A stretch of 64,000 bases of DNA, taken from contig CM052817.1 in assembly GCA_028534125.1 (NCBI GenBank), positions 62,374,001 to 62,438,000 on the forward strand, read 5' to 3'. The stretch is from Lama glama (Eukaryota). A program made the position numbers and the translations under genes. Of this stretch, positions 38,469 to 51,571 are shown in pieces; position 1 is the first letter of the stretch; the number at the start of each line of letters is the position of its first letter. A model generated the notes under the pieces. It was not told the DNA's origin. It worked only from the letters and a program-made list of their open reading frames with translations, and did not search any database.

Positions 38469-39565
38469 TATGGCTACTAACCCTGGCTAGCAATAGATTT
38501 TGAGGATCCTTTGATTTATCTGCTGGCTTTAGAGTAACTCTAATTCTTTTCTGGTAGTGCCCAAACAATGTTTTTTTTTGTTTGTTTTTAAGTTGTAGCT
38601 TCTAGAGCAAACAAAGAAACCAAACGAATCAATCATTAGATTGCTTGGAATACATGTTTTGAGGTTATTATTATGAAGAAGTACAGTGAATATTTTTGAC
38701 AAAATGTCAGATATCATATTTTTAAAAACACAAGATTTCCCTTTAAGTTAAATAATTTCACCAAACACATTGTCTGATCTTTTAGTTTGGTATATTTATA
38801 CATACTAACCTCCAAAAAGTCTCTTTTAGAAAAACATAATCATATTGAAAAAAAATTTGTTTTTCTCTAATTGTTTTCCTAATTGCTTCATAATGTGAAT
38901 ATGTACATCTCATTTTGAAATGAATTAAATCCTGTTTTAGGTACCAGATGGACAGAAGTGGTAGGTGCAGTTCTGTTTTTAGGCTGAGCACAGATGCAGC
39001 TCTGGGGGTGTGAATCATTCCCCACACTGTCCTGCCTCTGAGCATCCTGTGCAAATGTTCTGCTCTGGGGGATTCCCCCACTGTTGGCTTTCCATTGCGG
39101 CGTCCAGGAATAGGCATTCATTTTAGCATTTAAGGGTTTCTGATCCCTCAGGAATTGAAGTTAGGCCACCAATTCATTTCTGCAAACATTTATATGCTCA
39201 AAGGCTGAGGAGTAAGTGGCTAGTTTTCCTACATTCATTTTCTTTACCCAATTGTGATGGGAGAATTTAAGTTGAGGAGTCGACTGTCACCTTGGTCTGT
39301 TGAAGACCTCATTTCCTTTACTATAGGGCATGAAATGTGTGTTGCATGTTTTCTGATGGGCCACATATTTTTACTTCATTAAATACTAAAGCTCTTTAAA
39401 AAAATAAAGAATGTGTTTTTGGTGCTTAAGAATAGTGACACATCCCTGGCAGGGGTGTGTGGCTAATTAATCTTTCCTTTTTATAGGTTTAAATTCCAGC
39501 GTGTAATACAATTCCAGCATTTAATAGACTCTGCTTGATGCGTTGATTAGGCCCTGTGAGGCCTC

Positions 39566-40022
39566 TGTGGAAGACTCCTTCAGTGTCCCGCCAGTATTCC
39601 GTGTTGTTGCCACTTCATCAGGCAACACTGCTCTGCTGTTGGCTTTCTCTTACAACTCCAGCCCACATTGCTCTTGTCTGGCTGGCTAAAAGTGCAGAGG
39701 AATGAATGGCCCTGGGGGTATCCCTCAACCAGTGACTGATAAGAGAGTTAATCTCTCCTTCCTTGCTCCTTGGAGAGATTAACTCTGAGTTTATAAATTT
39801 TACATTGGCTCCCAAGTGTCATTATGAGGATTAAGCTTCAGTTACTCACAGTAATGGCTGGCTAAATGATGTAGTTCCTCATTGGTTGTTTTCTTTTCCT
39901 TGTTTCACATCTACATTCTCCTGTGGGTGTGCCCTTCAGCCTTCCAGTGGACCAGCTAGTGGACTGACTGGCTCTGAATCCTTGTCTCAGGGCTTGCTTT
40001 TGGGAGAAAGCAAAATGAGGTA
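39566..40022 (+). mobile_element. LTR16-family (ERVL) solo LTR
   Basis: CCCTCAACCAGTGACTGA, TAACTCTGAG, GGATTAAGCTTCAGTTACTCACAGT and end AATCCTTGTCTCAGGGCTTGCTTTTGGGAGAA. Confidence 0.7.
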
Positions 40023-41168
40023 TCAGTTATTCTACTATTACTTGGTTAATTTCAGTGTCTTTTTAAAGTTTCTCTACCGCATTTCTTTTTTAAACAAGTG
40101 TTACTTTAATAATTTTTTCATTTTTCTGGTAAAAAGCCCAGTAACATTTATTCTGTCCTCTTTTAACTTTAGACATTATATCAATTATTTCCTTTTCTTA
40201 GCATTTTAAAATGTATGTTTCTTTAATTTTTGTTCCTCTCTTTGTGGATTGGCTTTTTCTTTTTCTTTTCTTTCCTTTTTTTTTTTTTTTTTTTGGTTTC
40301 TCCTTGGCAACATCTTCTTACCCATCATCATCTGTAATCTCTTTTTTGATACATTATGTTTTCTTCTTGAAGTGTGTTTTGTTTTGTTAGGATGTTTGAA
40401 TTGAATGTCTTCCCATTTTTCTATTTTTATTTTTTCAGTCAGGCTAAAGCAGCCTTGAAAAGCACACCGAACCTAAGGGTGATACAGAAGATCATGTTGA
40501 TAATTGAGTATCTTTCCAGACCTACCACCTTTCCTGCTACCCAACCTGATGCTCTGTGGGAAATAAATGCTTCTTTTTTTTCCTTTTCCCCATACATCTC
40601 AGTAGGTACATGGTACTGCTGAGTGTTTGTCTTGAGGGGCATGGTGGTGTCCTCAGATAAATTCAGCTGTGTCATCTCTTCTCACCTCAGGACCTGCCCC
40701 TTCTTGAAGACTTTTCTGGATGGGACCCATAGAAACTATTAGCAGCTGGCTAATGGTTGTTCAAGGTAAGAAAAAACAAACAAACAAACATATGGCAGTA
40801 GTAGGCAGGACAAGAAAGTTTACGTATAAAATAAATGTGTTAGGGAGCCTGGGTGAAGAATTCACTGAAGAGTAAAAAGTTGCAAGTAAAGATTTTGCTC
40901 TGTATTCCTTTTGAGGACCAGCTCGCTCTTTATGGGTGGCCAGTCCAGTAGTTTGGAACTCAGACCTGTATTAAAGAGGTCAGCAAAGGCCAGTTGCCCA
41001 GAAAGACCATCTAAATGGTGCCACAGCTTCACTTGGGTGGAAAAATAAGGTAACAATAATCAACTACAGGTGAGCTAGAGGAGTGGAATGTATGTTTGTA
41101 AGAAATAAGGTGTTTTAGATTTGAGAAAAGTGAACTTCCCAAGGGGAATTGTCAATTACAGTAGATGG

Positions 41169-42048
41169 TGTGTTAGAAAAACCTCCAGTCTTCCTTCGTG
41201 TTTCTCCCTTACTTTCACACTACTACTGCACTTACAACACTTTTGACACCTCTGGTCACCAAATGTGTATGTGGAATTTTCCCACCAAGCAGTTCTCTGA
41301 AAAACCAACTGAGTGTTCTACAGTTTAACTCATTTCTGACACCACGAACCTAGAGGTAGCATCAGATCCCACAGGGTATGATCTCAGTCCCACAAGCCTG
41401 CCCTTACCTCCCTTCAAATGCCAGTTGCAAGTCCAGGTTCTCACCTGTGCTCCTGATGCATGGATGTAAATCAGAGGACCCCATGACCCTTCTTTGGGTT
41501 ATACTAATTCACTATAGTGGCTAACAGAATGCAGGCAAGCAGTTACTTATGTTTGACAGTTTATTAAATGATATGATAAAGGATACAAATGGACAGCCAG
41601 ATGAAAAGATGCATAGGGTAAGGTCTGAGAGAGTCCAAATGTAGGAGCTTCTGTCCTTGTACAGTTGGGGTGTATCACCCTCCTGATGTGGATGTGTTCG
41701 CTAACCTGAAATTGCTCCAACCCCGTACTATTGGAATTTTATGGAGGCTTCTTCACATGGGAATGATCAGTTGCTAACTCCATTTCCATCCTCTCTCCCC
41801 TCTCTGAAATTAAGAGATTGGGGAATGAGGCTGAAAATCACAATCTTCTAATTATGAGTTGGTCTTTCTGGTGACCAGCTTCCATCCAGGAGCCATCTAG
41901 GAGCCCACCCAGAGATGTCTCATGAGAGCAAAAGATTTTCCTAGAATTTACAAGGGTTTTAGGAGCCTTGTGTCAGGAATGTGGGGCAAAGGTCTATCTA
42001 TATCTATCTATATATCAATATCTATATCTTTTTAAAAATTATCTCACA
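41169..42048 (-). mobile_element. MER21-family (ERVL) solo LTR, complete
   Basis: TG...CA termini with a 5-bp TSD, GATGG (41164-41168) / GATGA (42049-42053). Reverse-complement homology to 24689-25690. Confidence 0.9.
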
Positions 42049-45000
42049 GATGATGAAGTGCCTTCTAAGGTGCATAGGTCCAATTAACTGCTCATTTTTG
42101 CTTTGCTTGCGTGGAGAATGTGAATTTGGATCTGAATTAAATTTTAAGGACAGCAATAGACTGGCAAGCACTGCAGCTAATACCTTTTTCTCACAAAGTA
42201 CCCAGCATTTCATCTCACTTCATTTTCATCACCCAGCCTAAACATTTATATGTTTAATAAACATTAAAAGAAAACCATTTTCAAGGCATGTCAAATTATT
42301 AGCCTTTCCCAAGTATCCATATCTCAGTCTGGTTCTATTATCCTCTGACATATATTTTGTTCTTGTATATACTATCACTGACCCTATTTCTTGAAGTCAT
42401 CTTAAATTATTAACAGAAGTAGGTTAGAAATAAATTATAAATTAATAATTTTATCAACATTACTTCTTATATTTGTTTCCTTTACAGAAAGTAGAATATC
42501 ATTAAAGTAAATCCATCAACTCCTCTTTCATTCAAGACCCCCCAAACTCACCATGCTGTGTTTGAAGGTAATATTTGAAATTATTAAAAGAGAAGTATAA
42601 GCAAGTAAAAGAATTTCCAGAAAATTTGATACTCTCTTACCTTTTCTGATGCTCCTGGATCTTTCCTTAAAATATGTAAATATTGATAACTTTTAAGAGT
42701 TTTTAGAGATATTGGTACTTGTTATGGGCTGAGGCAGGAAACTTCCTTGGAGTCTAGAGCACCATATCCTTGAAACAGTATTTGTTTTTCCTTTTGGAGC
42801 TGAAGAGCTTATGAGTTTAGAATAGTAGCAATAGTGCATGTACAATAAAAATGCAGTTGCTAACCGCTCCCCTTTTGTTATTCATGCTGAGAATTACTGA
42901 TCATTCAGTCAGATGTCAATGAGCTTGTGGTTTTCTAGTCTGTGGTGTTCAGATCAGGGTGGTGATCATTAAGACAGAGTAATGATGAGAATCTATTAAT
43001 GAAAGCTGTCAAAAACAATATGCTTAACATCTAATATTTCATGTACACTGCCAGTATTTCTGGTAAAGTGTCTAACCACTTGATGGTGGTCACAGGTTTC
43101 TTTCATCACCTAACAAGTACTAGAGTAATCCTCTGGCTATTTTTCATGTTTGATGAATCATTTTTGATATTCTGTCTTCTTGTTTTTGCCCCATTTTCTT
43201 TTTAGCTTTTGATCCTCATTCTCTTCTATGTGATTTTATTTCCTTTTATTAAAGTTGGCTTGCAAAGAGAAGACCATTAAGATACATTCTGTAGCTGTCA
43301 ATCAGTAGACCCAGAAAGTTTCTAAATGATAATAGTTGATTCAGCCCATTAGCTTGTTGGAATTATCTGCATGGCAGAGATGTCAGTATATTGTTTCCAG
43401 GCTTGACTTCTACATGCAAGGAGTAACAGAGCATGTCCCTGCTTCTTTTATATTCCACAGGAGAGCAACCAAGTGGCATAATCAATTCTTCCAGCCTTTG
43501 TATTTTACCTGATGTTTACTTTGCACACTGCTTTAAGATGTGCCCTTATCTCACCTCTTTAAAATCTATTTACCTTTTCTTTTTTATCTTCTAAGAAAAT
43601 AAGATTATCTTAGTGCAAGGTCATGGTGTACTTCATTAAACACTCATAATATTTTTCTTTTCTCAGCATCCAGAGAGCACAGAAAAGTTTCCCCAATTAC
43701 TGAAAGATTGTCAGGCTCTGGATATACAAAGAATAACCTTCTCTTCTCAGGTGCTGAGGGAATTAGAACTGTGCAGATGGCTTTGACACAGTAACTTTAC
43801 TGGTCAGTGACATATATTATTGTACCTAGAAGAGATCAAGCATAAGCTTGACATCTTTTGTGCTGTGACTATAAAAATTAAGGAAGTATAAATTTGGTCC
43901 TTAATGCATGAAAATAACTCTGTGTTTCCTAAGAGAATTCAGAGGCAATAATTAATTGTCAGATTTTTTACAAATGACCAAGCTGGCTTTTTCCTTTGGG
44001 TTCCCTGTGTATGTTTTCAAATTACTTAATGAACAAGATCAGGAAATCACTTCTGGGTGTTAAAGTTCACATTAGAAAACTCCAGGCCTCTCCTTTATAT
44101 TGCTATTTTTTTTTTTTTTTTGCAGTCAATACCAACCACCTGGAGGAATGGCCACTACTGGGCCATGGCTCCTTTTGCAGTGACATTTGCTCAATAAATT
44201 TTTTCATAGTAATAATTGAAAAAAGTCAAAATGCTGTGAAGAAGTAAATGTCATATTCCCACAATGCAATATAAATGGAATTCATAAAGGTTCAGTGACT
44301 CACAAGACAGGTTAATTAAAGCCTCCATGTGGCAGATGGAAGTTAGCACAAAATTTGCTTGACCACATTATTTTCTGACCTCAGAGAATGAAGCCTTTAT
44401 TAGAATTTCTAGACAAGACTATGACCTAGTATTAAATATAATCTGTATTATTGCTACTTACTTTACTTTGTTTTACTTTAATCCATTTTCCATTGCCAGT
44501 CAGTAATATTTTAAGGGCTAGTTTTTAATATACTAATTTGTGTTGCAAAAAGGCAACATAATCTGTCTCACAGCAGTTGCTCTAACTATACCAGGAATAG
44601 TCTGCAAGTTCCACAGCATAAAGGAAGAAAATGCATGCTAGAAAGGAAAGACATTTTGTGGACTTGGAAAACCATGTCGTCTTTTAAGTATGTTGATTAT
44701 TAATTTTTCATCTCCCTACATTTTCCTGTGGGGCTCTAACAAAATGGACCCTGCTATATGAAACTAACTCTTCTGCTTTCTTAAGACTAAGGAATAAATT
44801 CGATAAACAATAAACAGCTCCAAAAGAGAAAAAGCATTTAGGAGAATTGGAGGTGATTTGCACGACTGGGCAAGGAGAGCAGCAGCTCACACTCCTTCAG
44901 CCACTGGGGAGCAACTAGCTGCTTCCAGTGTTATGCCTACATACTCTCCTGACAGCTCACAGGAGGCAGGACAGGAAGAGGAAGGGCAGTCCTTTTGAGC

Positions 45001-45254
45001 CTTTTCACTGTAGGCTGCTTGTCTGCATACCATAGATGTTCCTTTATTCTACCAAGATAGGCAAATAAACGAAAACAATATAAAAAATATTTTAAAACAA
45101 GTTGGGGACTTTGATTTGTTTAAAGAAAAATTAGTTTGAATCTTGGTAAAGGATAATGCAAGAGCTTATCTCATTACAACCCAGATTATGAAATGATGTC
45201 CAATTTTAAATCTTGAAAATAAATAGCTTCCAGGTCCTCCATATAGCTATAAAT

Positions 45255-45430
45255 AGGTAGATAGATACATATAACACTCTACACACACACACAAACACAC
45301 ACATATATATGCATATATAATATATCATATATAACACAGTCTCTGACACAGAAGAAAGAACTACATATATACAGACTATATAATCTCTATATATGTATGC
45401 ATATATGTGTGTGTTTATGTATACATATAC
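45255..45430. repeat. Degenerate (TA)/(CA) low-complexity tract
   Basis: Visible alternating purine-pyrimidine runs. Confidence 0.7.
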
Positions 45431-45719
45431 GGCTATATTTCTTTGTGTTAGAGACTGCAGATTTCCTACCTTAGTACCTTTGCTTTACATATTTTTAGCT
45501 TGGCATGTGGTCATGCAGAATAAAGATGACTTGTCTACATGCACAGGCAGAAAAATAAAGGAAAAATTGTTGCTGCTTCTGGAATTGAAACCAGTGGTCC
45601 TTCCTGCTAAAAACTCTCTGGAGCAGCCTTTTATTCTGTCTTAAGCCATTGCTATTTTGCATTTTTCTGTTACCCGCCAACTGGCAGAATCTCACTGTTA
45701 GAGTGGAGTGGGATCATCA

Positions 45720-45910
45720 TGAAACAGTTTGGAGGCTGGATAGAGTAAAGGACTTTAGATGCATAGTCAGAAGTTCAGATCTGATTCTTGCCTCTGCCTC
45801 TTGCCAAGTATGTATCTTTGGGGAACTTTCTTCATCTGAGTTGCTTTATTTGTAAAATGAGGTGGTAGTTCATACCTGACTGACTAGGAGGTAAATGAAA
45901 TCATGAAATA
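45720..45910 (+). mobile_element. MIR SINE
   Basis: GATTCTTGCCTCTGCCTCTTGCCAAGTATGTATCTTTGGG...TCTGAGTTGCTTTATTTGTAAAATGAGG. Confidence 0.7.
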
Positions 45911-46427
45911 TTTGGGATAAGCAAGTCCATCCCCACAAAATGATCAAATGTCAACTCATCAATATCATCAATATCAATATCAGCAGCAAACAAATGAACA
46001 CCTGAGACATCTACTTATACATTTAATAAGGAAAAAAAAACAAATTATCAAACATTTTCGGTAAATAGATTTCATAGTCTTTTTTTATAAAATAAAATTA
46101 ATATATCTTCTACTTTATTAAATTTTTTCTTTAGGTAGACTCTCTGTCTCTTAGAACCTCAGTATTAATATGAGTTTCTTTGATCATTTAACTTTATCTT
46201 GCACTCAGTCAACCACCACTCTGACTTAATCACTATTTGCTACCATAAAAATTTATAGATTTATTTAAGATTCCGATAGGATAAAGGCAAAAAGTTTGTT
46301 TTGTCTCTGTATCTCACTGGAAAGATTACTATAAGGGCAGTAATTTCATTATAATGCAAAATTAATGACAAATCTGAAGCCATATTTGACAGGCGCTTTA
46401 GAGTATTTTTTAAATGTATACAAGTAG

Positions 46428-46455
<28 letters not shown>
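46428..46455. repeat. (TA)n microsatellite
   Basis: Directly visible. Confidence 0.95.
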
Positions 46456-46459
<4 letters not shown>

Positions 46460-47894
46460 CTACCTTATAATGTCCAAACATATGAAATTGCCTTAAAAAA
46501 TCTAAAAAAAAATGAAGTTTCATAATATCAAACTAAAGAACATACAATTTATAGGTTACACACAAACTGAGATGCATGTGGCCGTATTGACTTTCCCTCC
46601 GTGCTTACCCTCTAGACCTAGATGCTATTATTACTACTGCTTTATAACAAGTTATTACTGTTACTTTATAATGTATATATATTACAGATTGTTTCAAATA
46701 ACAATTTCAATTAAATTATATGTTTAATCTTTGAGAACAAAGAGCTTATGTTTTTATTGTTTACTAAAATGGCCATTTATTTCTAAGAAAACATCAAAGC
46801 TGAAAACTTCAAAAGTACATTGCCCCCCAAATTAAGAAGAATCATAAAAAAATCACTTTTTACCACATGGCAAATATACTTTTGGCATAATATGCAACTT
46901 GATTTCTGACAACTTTCTGTGTCACCTTGAGTTTCAAAAATTCATATTACTCAAGGAATGACATAAGAAAAATACCTTGAACTAAATTATCTCATGAGAG
47001 ATATGGTTAATATTGAGGAAATATTAGAAGAAAATTCAAGTTAATGTTTCTACACTCCTATAGGTCATAAAGTAAAAGATACGTAAACTATGTATCACAA
47101 ACTTATTTCCCATATTTTAAATTTACATTGTTAGTATCAATAGCTTCTAAAAAGACTAAAAAGTCCTTCTTTAACTAGTAATCATTATCACTATTAGTTT
47201 GTGGTTTAAACATAACAAAAGGCTGGAGACAAGTAGGAGATGACAACCATTTTTGATGATTTTAGATCACATTTTCCCTAGAAGGGGATTTTGCTTTAGT
47301 TAGACATTCTCAGTCTGTTACCTAGGATGCTGAAAACAGTTAGGAAAAGATATATTCACTTCAAATTACGGACATTGTCATTTTCTACAATCTTTTCATG
47401 GAAACAAGCTTAGGAATCATCAATCCTGACTGTAAAATAATGTTAAATGACTCTTCTGCTCAGTTAACCTAATCTTTTATTCTTCCTTTTCTGACAGCCT
47501 CCTCTAAATTTTGTCTGATTTAATACCACCTTGTTTTAACTCATTTAATCTTATGTGAGCTGGCTTCTGCCCCAATCATTTTATTAAATTTATTCTTTTG
47601 GAAAATATTCATTATTTCCTAGCAACCAAGTAACAACTTTCGCACTTCTTATCCTCTTAGACTATTCTTCTCTGTGTGAGATTGGTATCTCTTCTTTCTT
47701 GTCAATATATTTTCTAGGACCAAGTATCCATTCATTTGTTAATTACAACATTCATTCAGTTCCTCAAATGTACGCTTCAGGGTTTGATGTGTTAGGTACA
47801 ATGCTCAGAAGGAGCAATTGCATTGGATTATCAGGCAAGGCATTGGCTTCCCACTTACTCTGGATTTATGCCTGTTTCTGTAACAATCACATTT

Positions 47895-49610
47895 CCATTG
47901 ATTTATTAGACAAATATTTATGGAGCACCCATTATGTGCCAAAAGACTTTGTGCTAGAGATACAGTGATGAACATGCAAAGCCTGCTTGCTGAAGTGAAT
48001 ACTTGAGCATTCAAGCAAACATTGATTCACTCAAAAATATAATATATAGAATAGATATTATATGTCAGGGACTAGTGTAGGCACTGGATACATGGTGGTG
48101 AAGAAGAACGTCCATTCTGTCATGGAGTTTATGTTCTACTGGGTAAAACAGACAAAATAAATGGGCAATATAATATGAATTATTATTATGCATACCATGC
48201 ATACCATGAAGACTGTCAAATCAGGGTAAGTTTAGAGGCTGAGAGATAGGGATTTTTAGATAGAGTGGTTAGGAAAGGTCTCTTCAAAAGCAGTGTTTTT
48301 GAGACAAATTAGATAGAAATGGGGGGGTGGGTAAAGCATGTGAATATGTGGGGAAGACCATTTCTAGCAGAGGGAACATAGAGTGTGAAGTCTTGAGGTG
48401 GTATTTATTTTGTGCATTTCACATACAAGAAAACCACTAAACCACAGGGAAGTGAGGGAAGAAATGAGATTTGAGTTAGAACCAGGCAAATTAGCTCATT
48501 TAGAGCCTTGTAGATCATGCTAGGACTTTAATTTGAATTATACTGGGTAACCACTGGAGAGTTTTATGTATCCTTTTAATTGCTGTGCAGAAAATAGACT
48601 GTAAAGGAATGAGAAAGTATACAAACGGACCAGTTGACACCAATTCATTAAATAGTCCAAGGAAGACATAAACGTAGCTTAGCTAGGGCAGTGGCAATAA
48701 AAAATATAAGATGTCTTATTCAAGATATATATTTAATAAGTAGATATTGCATAAATGGCTGCTGGTTTGGGGTGGCGTTATATAAGAAAGACAGAACACA
48801 ATTATAACTCCAGGGATGTTTACCCAAGTGAGTGAAGAAGACTGAGGAGGACCAGATTTACTACCCTATTTGCTTAAGTAGAAAGACTGAGAACATGCAG
48901 GCTTAGGGTGGGAAATCAAGAGTTTGTGTTTGCTCATATTAAATTCGCCAGGTTTACTAGACGTGTGAGTGCAATTGTCAAGTGGGTTGTTGGATATATT
49001 TATCTGGAGCTCAGGGGCAAGTTGAGCATTATAAATCTGTATTTGAGAGTAGTTGGTCATGGGCCTGACTGAGAGCACCAAGGGAATGAATGCTGATTGA
49101 AAAGTCCAAACTGAGTTCTGGGCACTAAGGCGTTTAGAGGTCAGCAATAGGAGGAAGGGTAAGCAAATTAAAATGAGATAGTAAAGTGTGTAGGGACAAA
49201 TTCTGGAATGTGTAGTGTCTAGGATCCCTTGTGAAGAAAGTTTCTCAAGAAGGGGGTCAATCATCAGCTGTCTAATGCTATAGAAAAGTTGAGTGAGTTA
49301 TGTCTTGAGAAGTGTCCATTATGTCTAGCAACATTGAGGTCACTGATAGTCTTATTGTAAACATTTTTGGAGAAGTATGGATAATAAAATGAGTGGGGTG
49401 GGTTTAAGAGAGAATTAGAACTGAGGAAAGAGATACAGCTAAAATAGAGCACTCTGTTGAAGAGTTTTCCTATAAAGTGGATATTAGAAATGGATTGCTA
49501 GCTGGAGAAGAATGTATTGGGTAAAAGGGAAAAATGGTTTTTTAAAGTAGGAAAAGTGATAGAATAATTTTACACTATGTGAAACATTCTGGAAAGAAGA
49601 TGAATTAGAA
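47895..49610 (-). mobile_element. L2 LINE (long 3' fragment, L2a-like)
   Basis: Starts with antisense L2 tails (CAAATATTTATGGAGCACCCATTATGTGCC; CATTGATTCACTCAA). Purine-rich L2 body motifs follow (GTGGTTAGGAAAGGTCTCTT, CATTTCTAGCAGAGGGAACA, GGAAATCAAGAGTT, TCTGGAGCTCAGGG, AGCAACATTGAGGTCACTG). Confidence 0.85.
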
Positions 49611-49760
49611 CACATGTAATTATGTGAGAATGGTGGTATTGCTCATTAAAAAAAGCATAATAGTCTGATATCAAGTCCCAGAGTGTTGGAGTTGAGAAGA
49701 TGACCAGAGATCTACTTGTATATCTCCCTCCAAAGACCTGCCTGTCCTAGAATAATTCCC

Positions 49761-50287
49761 TGTATTAGTTACCTATTGCTGCATAACAAATCATTCCAAA
49801 ACTTAATGACTTAGAATAATAGCAGTCATTTACTGTCTCATAAGGTGGGGATATATAGGCTAGGAATCTGCAAGTAGCTAATTTGGGCAGCTCTGGCTCA
49901 AGGTCTTTTATGAGGTGCAATCAGATGTCAGCTGGACCTGCACTCATCTGAAGGTTTGGCTGGAGCTAGAGAATTCATTCCTAAGGGGGCTCAGGCCCAT
50001 GATTTTCAAATTAATGCTGACAAGGTGGATCCTCTCCCTGTGGACCTCTACATGGGGTTTTTTGAGTGTTCTCACAACATGGTAGCTGAATTCACCCAGA
50101 GCAAATGATCCAAGAGATCAAGCCAAAGTCTTTATGACACAGCTTTGAATATTGTACACTGGCACATCTGCCATATTATGTTGCCCACAGAGATCAGCCT
50201 TGATTCATTGTGAGAGGGTATTATACAAGGGCATAAATGCCAGGTGATAAGGATCATTGGTGGCCATTCTGGGTGCTGACTACCCTA
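49761..50287 (-). mobile_element. MaLR solo LTR (MLT1G/H-like)
   Basis: Starts TGTATTAGTTACCTATTGCTGCATAACAAATCATTCCAAAACTTAATGACTTA, contains GAGTGTTCTCACAACATGGTAGCTG and ends GGATCATTGGTGGCCATT...GCTGACTACC. Confidence 0.88.
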
Positions 50288-50497
50288 ACTACCAGTGGTC
50301 TTTGTACTTTTAACCTTTCATTATCTTCACTTGTCAAATATAGTGATTTTACCATATGAGCTAAAGTTCCCCTCTGACTCTAAAATTTCATGATTTTATT
50401 TTTCATCTATGAAAATGGCTTGCAAAGAGAGCGTATGAAAGAGAGAGGTTAGAATCAGCTAGAATCTTCTATTTCCCAGCCTCTTACTCATTTCTAG

Positions 50498-50796
50498 TCT
50501 CTTCTTCTCCTTCTCCTCCTCCTCCTCCTCCTTCTTCTTCTTCTTCTTCTTCCTCCTCCTCCTTCTTCTTCTCCTTCTTCTCCTCCTCCTCCTCCTCCTT
50601 TCTTCTTTCTTCTTCTTTCTTTCTTCTTCTTTCTTCTTCTTCTTCTTCTTCTCCTCCTCCTCCTCCCCCCTCCCCTCCTCCTCCCCCTCCTCCTCCTCCC
50701 CCTCCCCTCCTCCTCCCCCTCCTCCTCCTTCTTCCTTCATCCTTCTTCCTTCTTCTTCCTTCTTCTCCTCCTCCTTCTCCTTCTCCTTTTTTTTTT
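50498..50796. repeat. Compound (CTT)n/(CCT)n homopyrimidine tract
   Basis: 299 nt of C/T with a single A at 50739. Confidence 0.97.
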
Positions 50797-51059
50797 GAAA
50801 AATAGGATATATGATGGTTCTGCTATTCCAAGTTGAAATGAATAACTTTCTGAATATTAAGATGCACATTAGCTTGTTCATAAAGTAGACTAGGTCATGT
50901 TGAAAAACAAAACAACAACTCCCACCAAAACAAAAATTCCCCTACCATATTTAAGTCCGTTTACTGAATCCTGATTAGGAAGCACAGCCTAAGGAATCCT
51001 TAGGCTACTAAAGAACAACATTAGAATACTAGGAAAGAGAGTATATCCAAGCAAAATAG

Positions 51060-51290
51060 CCATTGGTGGTCTAATGGGAGCACCACAGGCTTTGGATTAA
51101 GACCTGGGCTTGAATGCTGGCTCTGTTTTAACCATCTTTGGCAGTCACCTAATCTCTGTGAACCTCAGTTTTATCATATGTAAACAGGGACAATAATTAC
51201 TACTTCACAAGACTTTTTGAAAGAGTAACTATACTAACTGTGTGAAGTGACTGTGACCATATCCTGCACATAGTAGATGTGTAATAATTG
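51060..51290 (+). mobile_element. MIR SINE
   Basis: CACAGGCTTTGGATTAAGACCTGGGCTTGAATGCTGGCTCTG...GTCACCTAATCTCTGTGAACCTCAGTTTTATCATATGTAAACAGGGACAATAAT. Confidence 0.88.
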
Positions 51291-51571
51291 TTTTTTTTTC
51301 CTCTGGCCTATATGTTTTTCCCTAATCTCAGTAAGTTTTCAGGCATTATAACCATTGAAACAATTATTATGATCTGTAAAAGCAAGAAAAATTTTGCAAA
51401 AGAAAATGAAAATATCTACTCTATCAGATATATAAGCCCTGAGTCAGTATCAGTAAGTGAAGGTTTCTTTCCTCATTCATACCTGATCATTGACCATTCT
51501 GTCATCTACCCAGTGTCTAGACTACTGAACTCCTCTCTAGTTTTTCTCCAAGATTAGAGTGGCTAAAGTGG

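Noticed and set aside
48866..49452. 132-aa and 62-aa minus-strand ORFs
   Set aside because: They lie inside the decayed L2 element and show no host-protein similarity I recognise.
50459..50881. 140-aa E/K/R/G-rich ORF on the minus strand
   Set aside because: It is the translation of the (GAA)/(GGA) simple repeat, which cannot contain stop codons. Not evidence of a gene.
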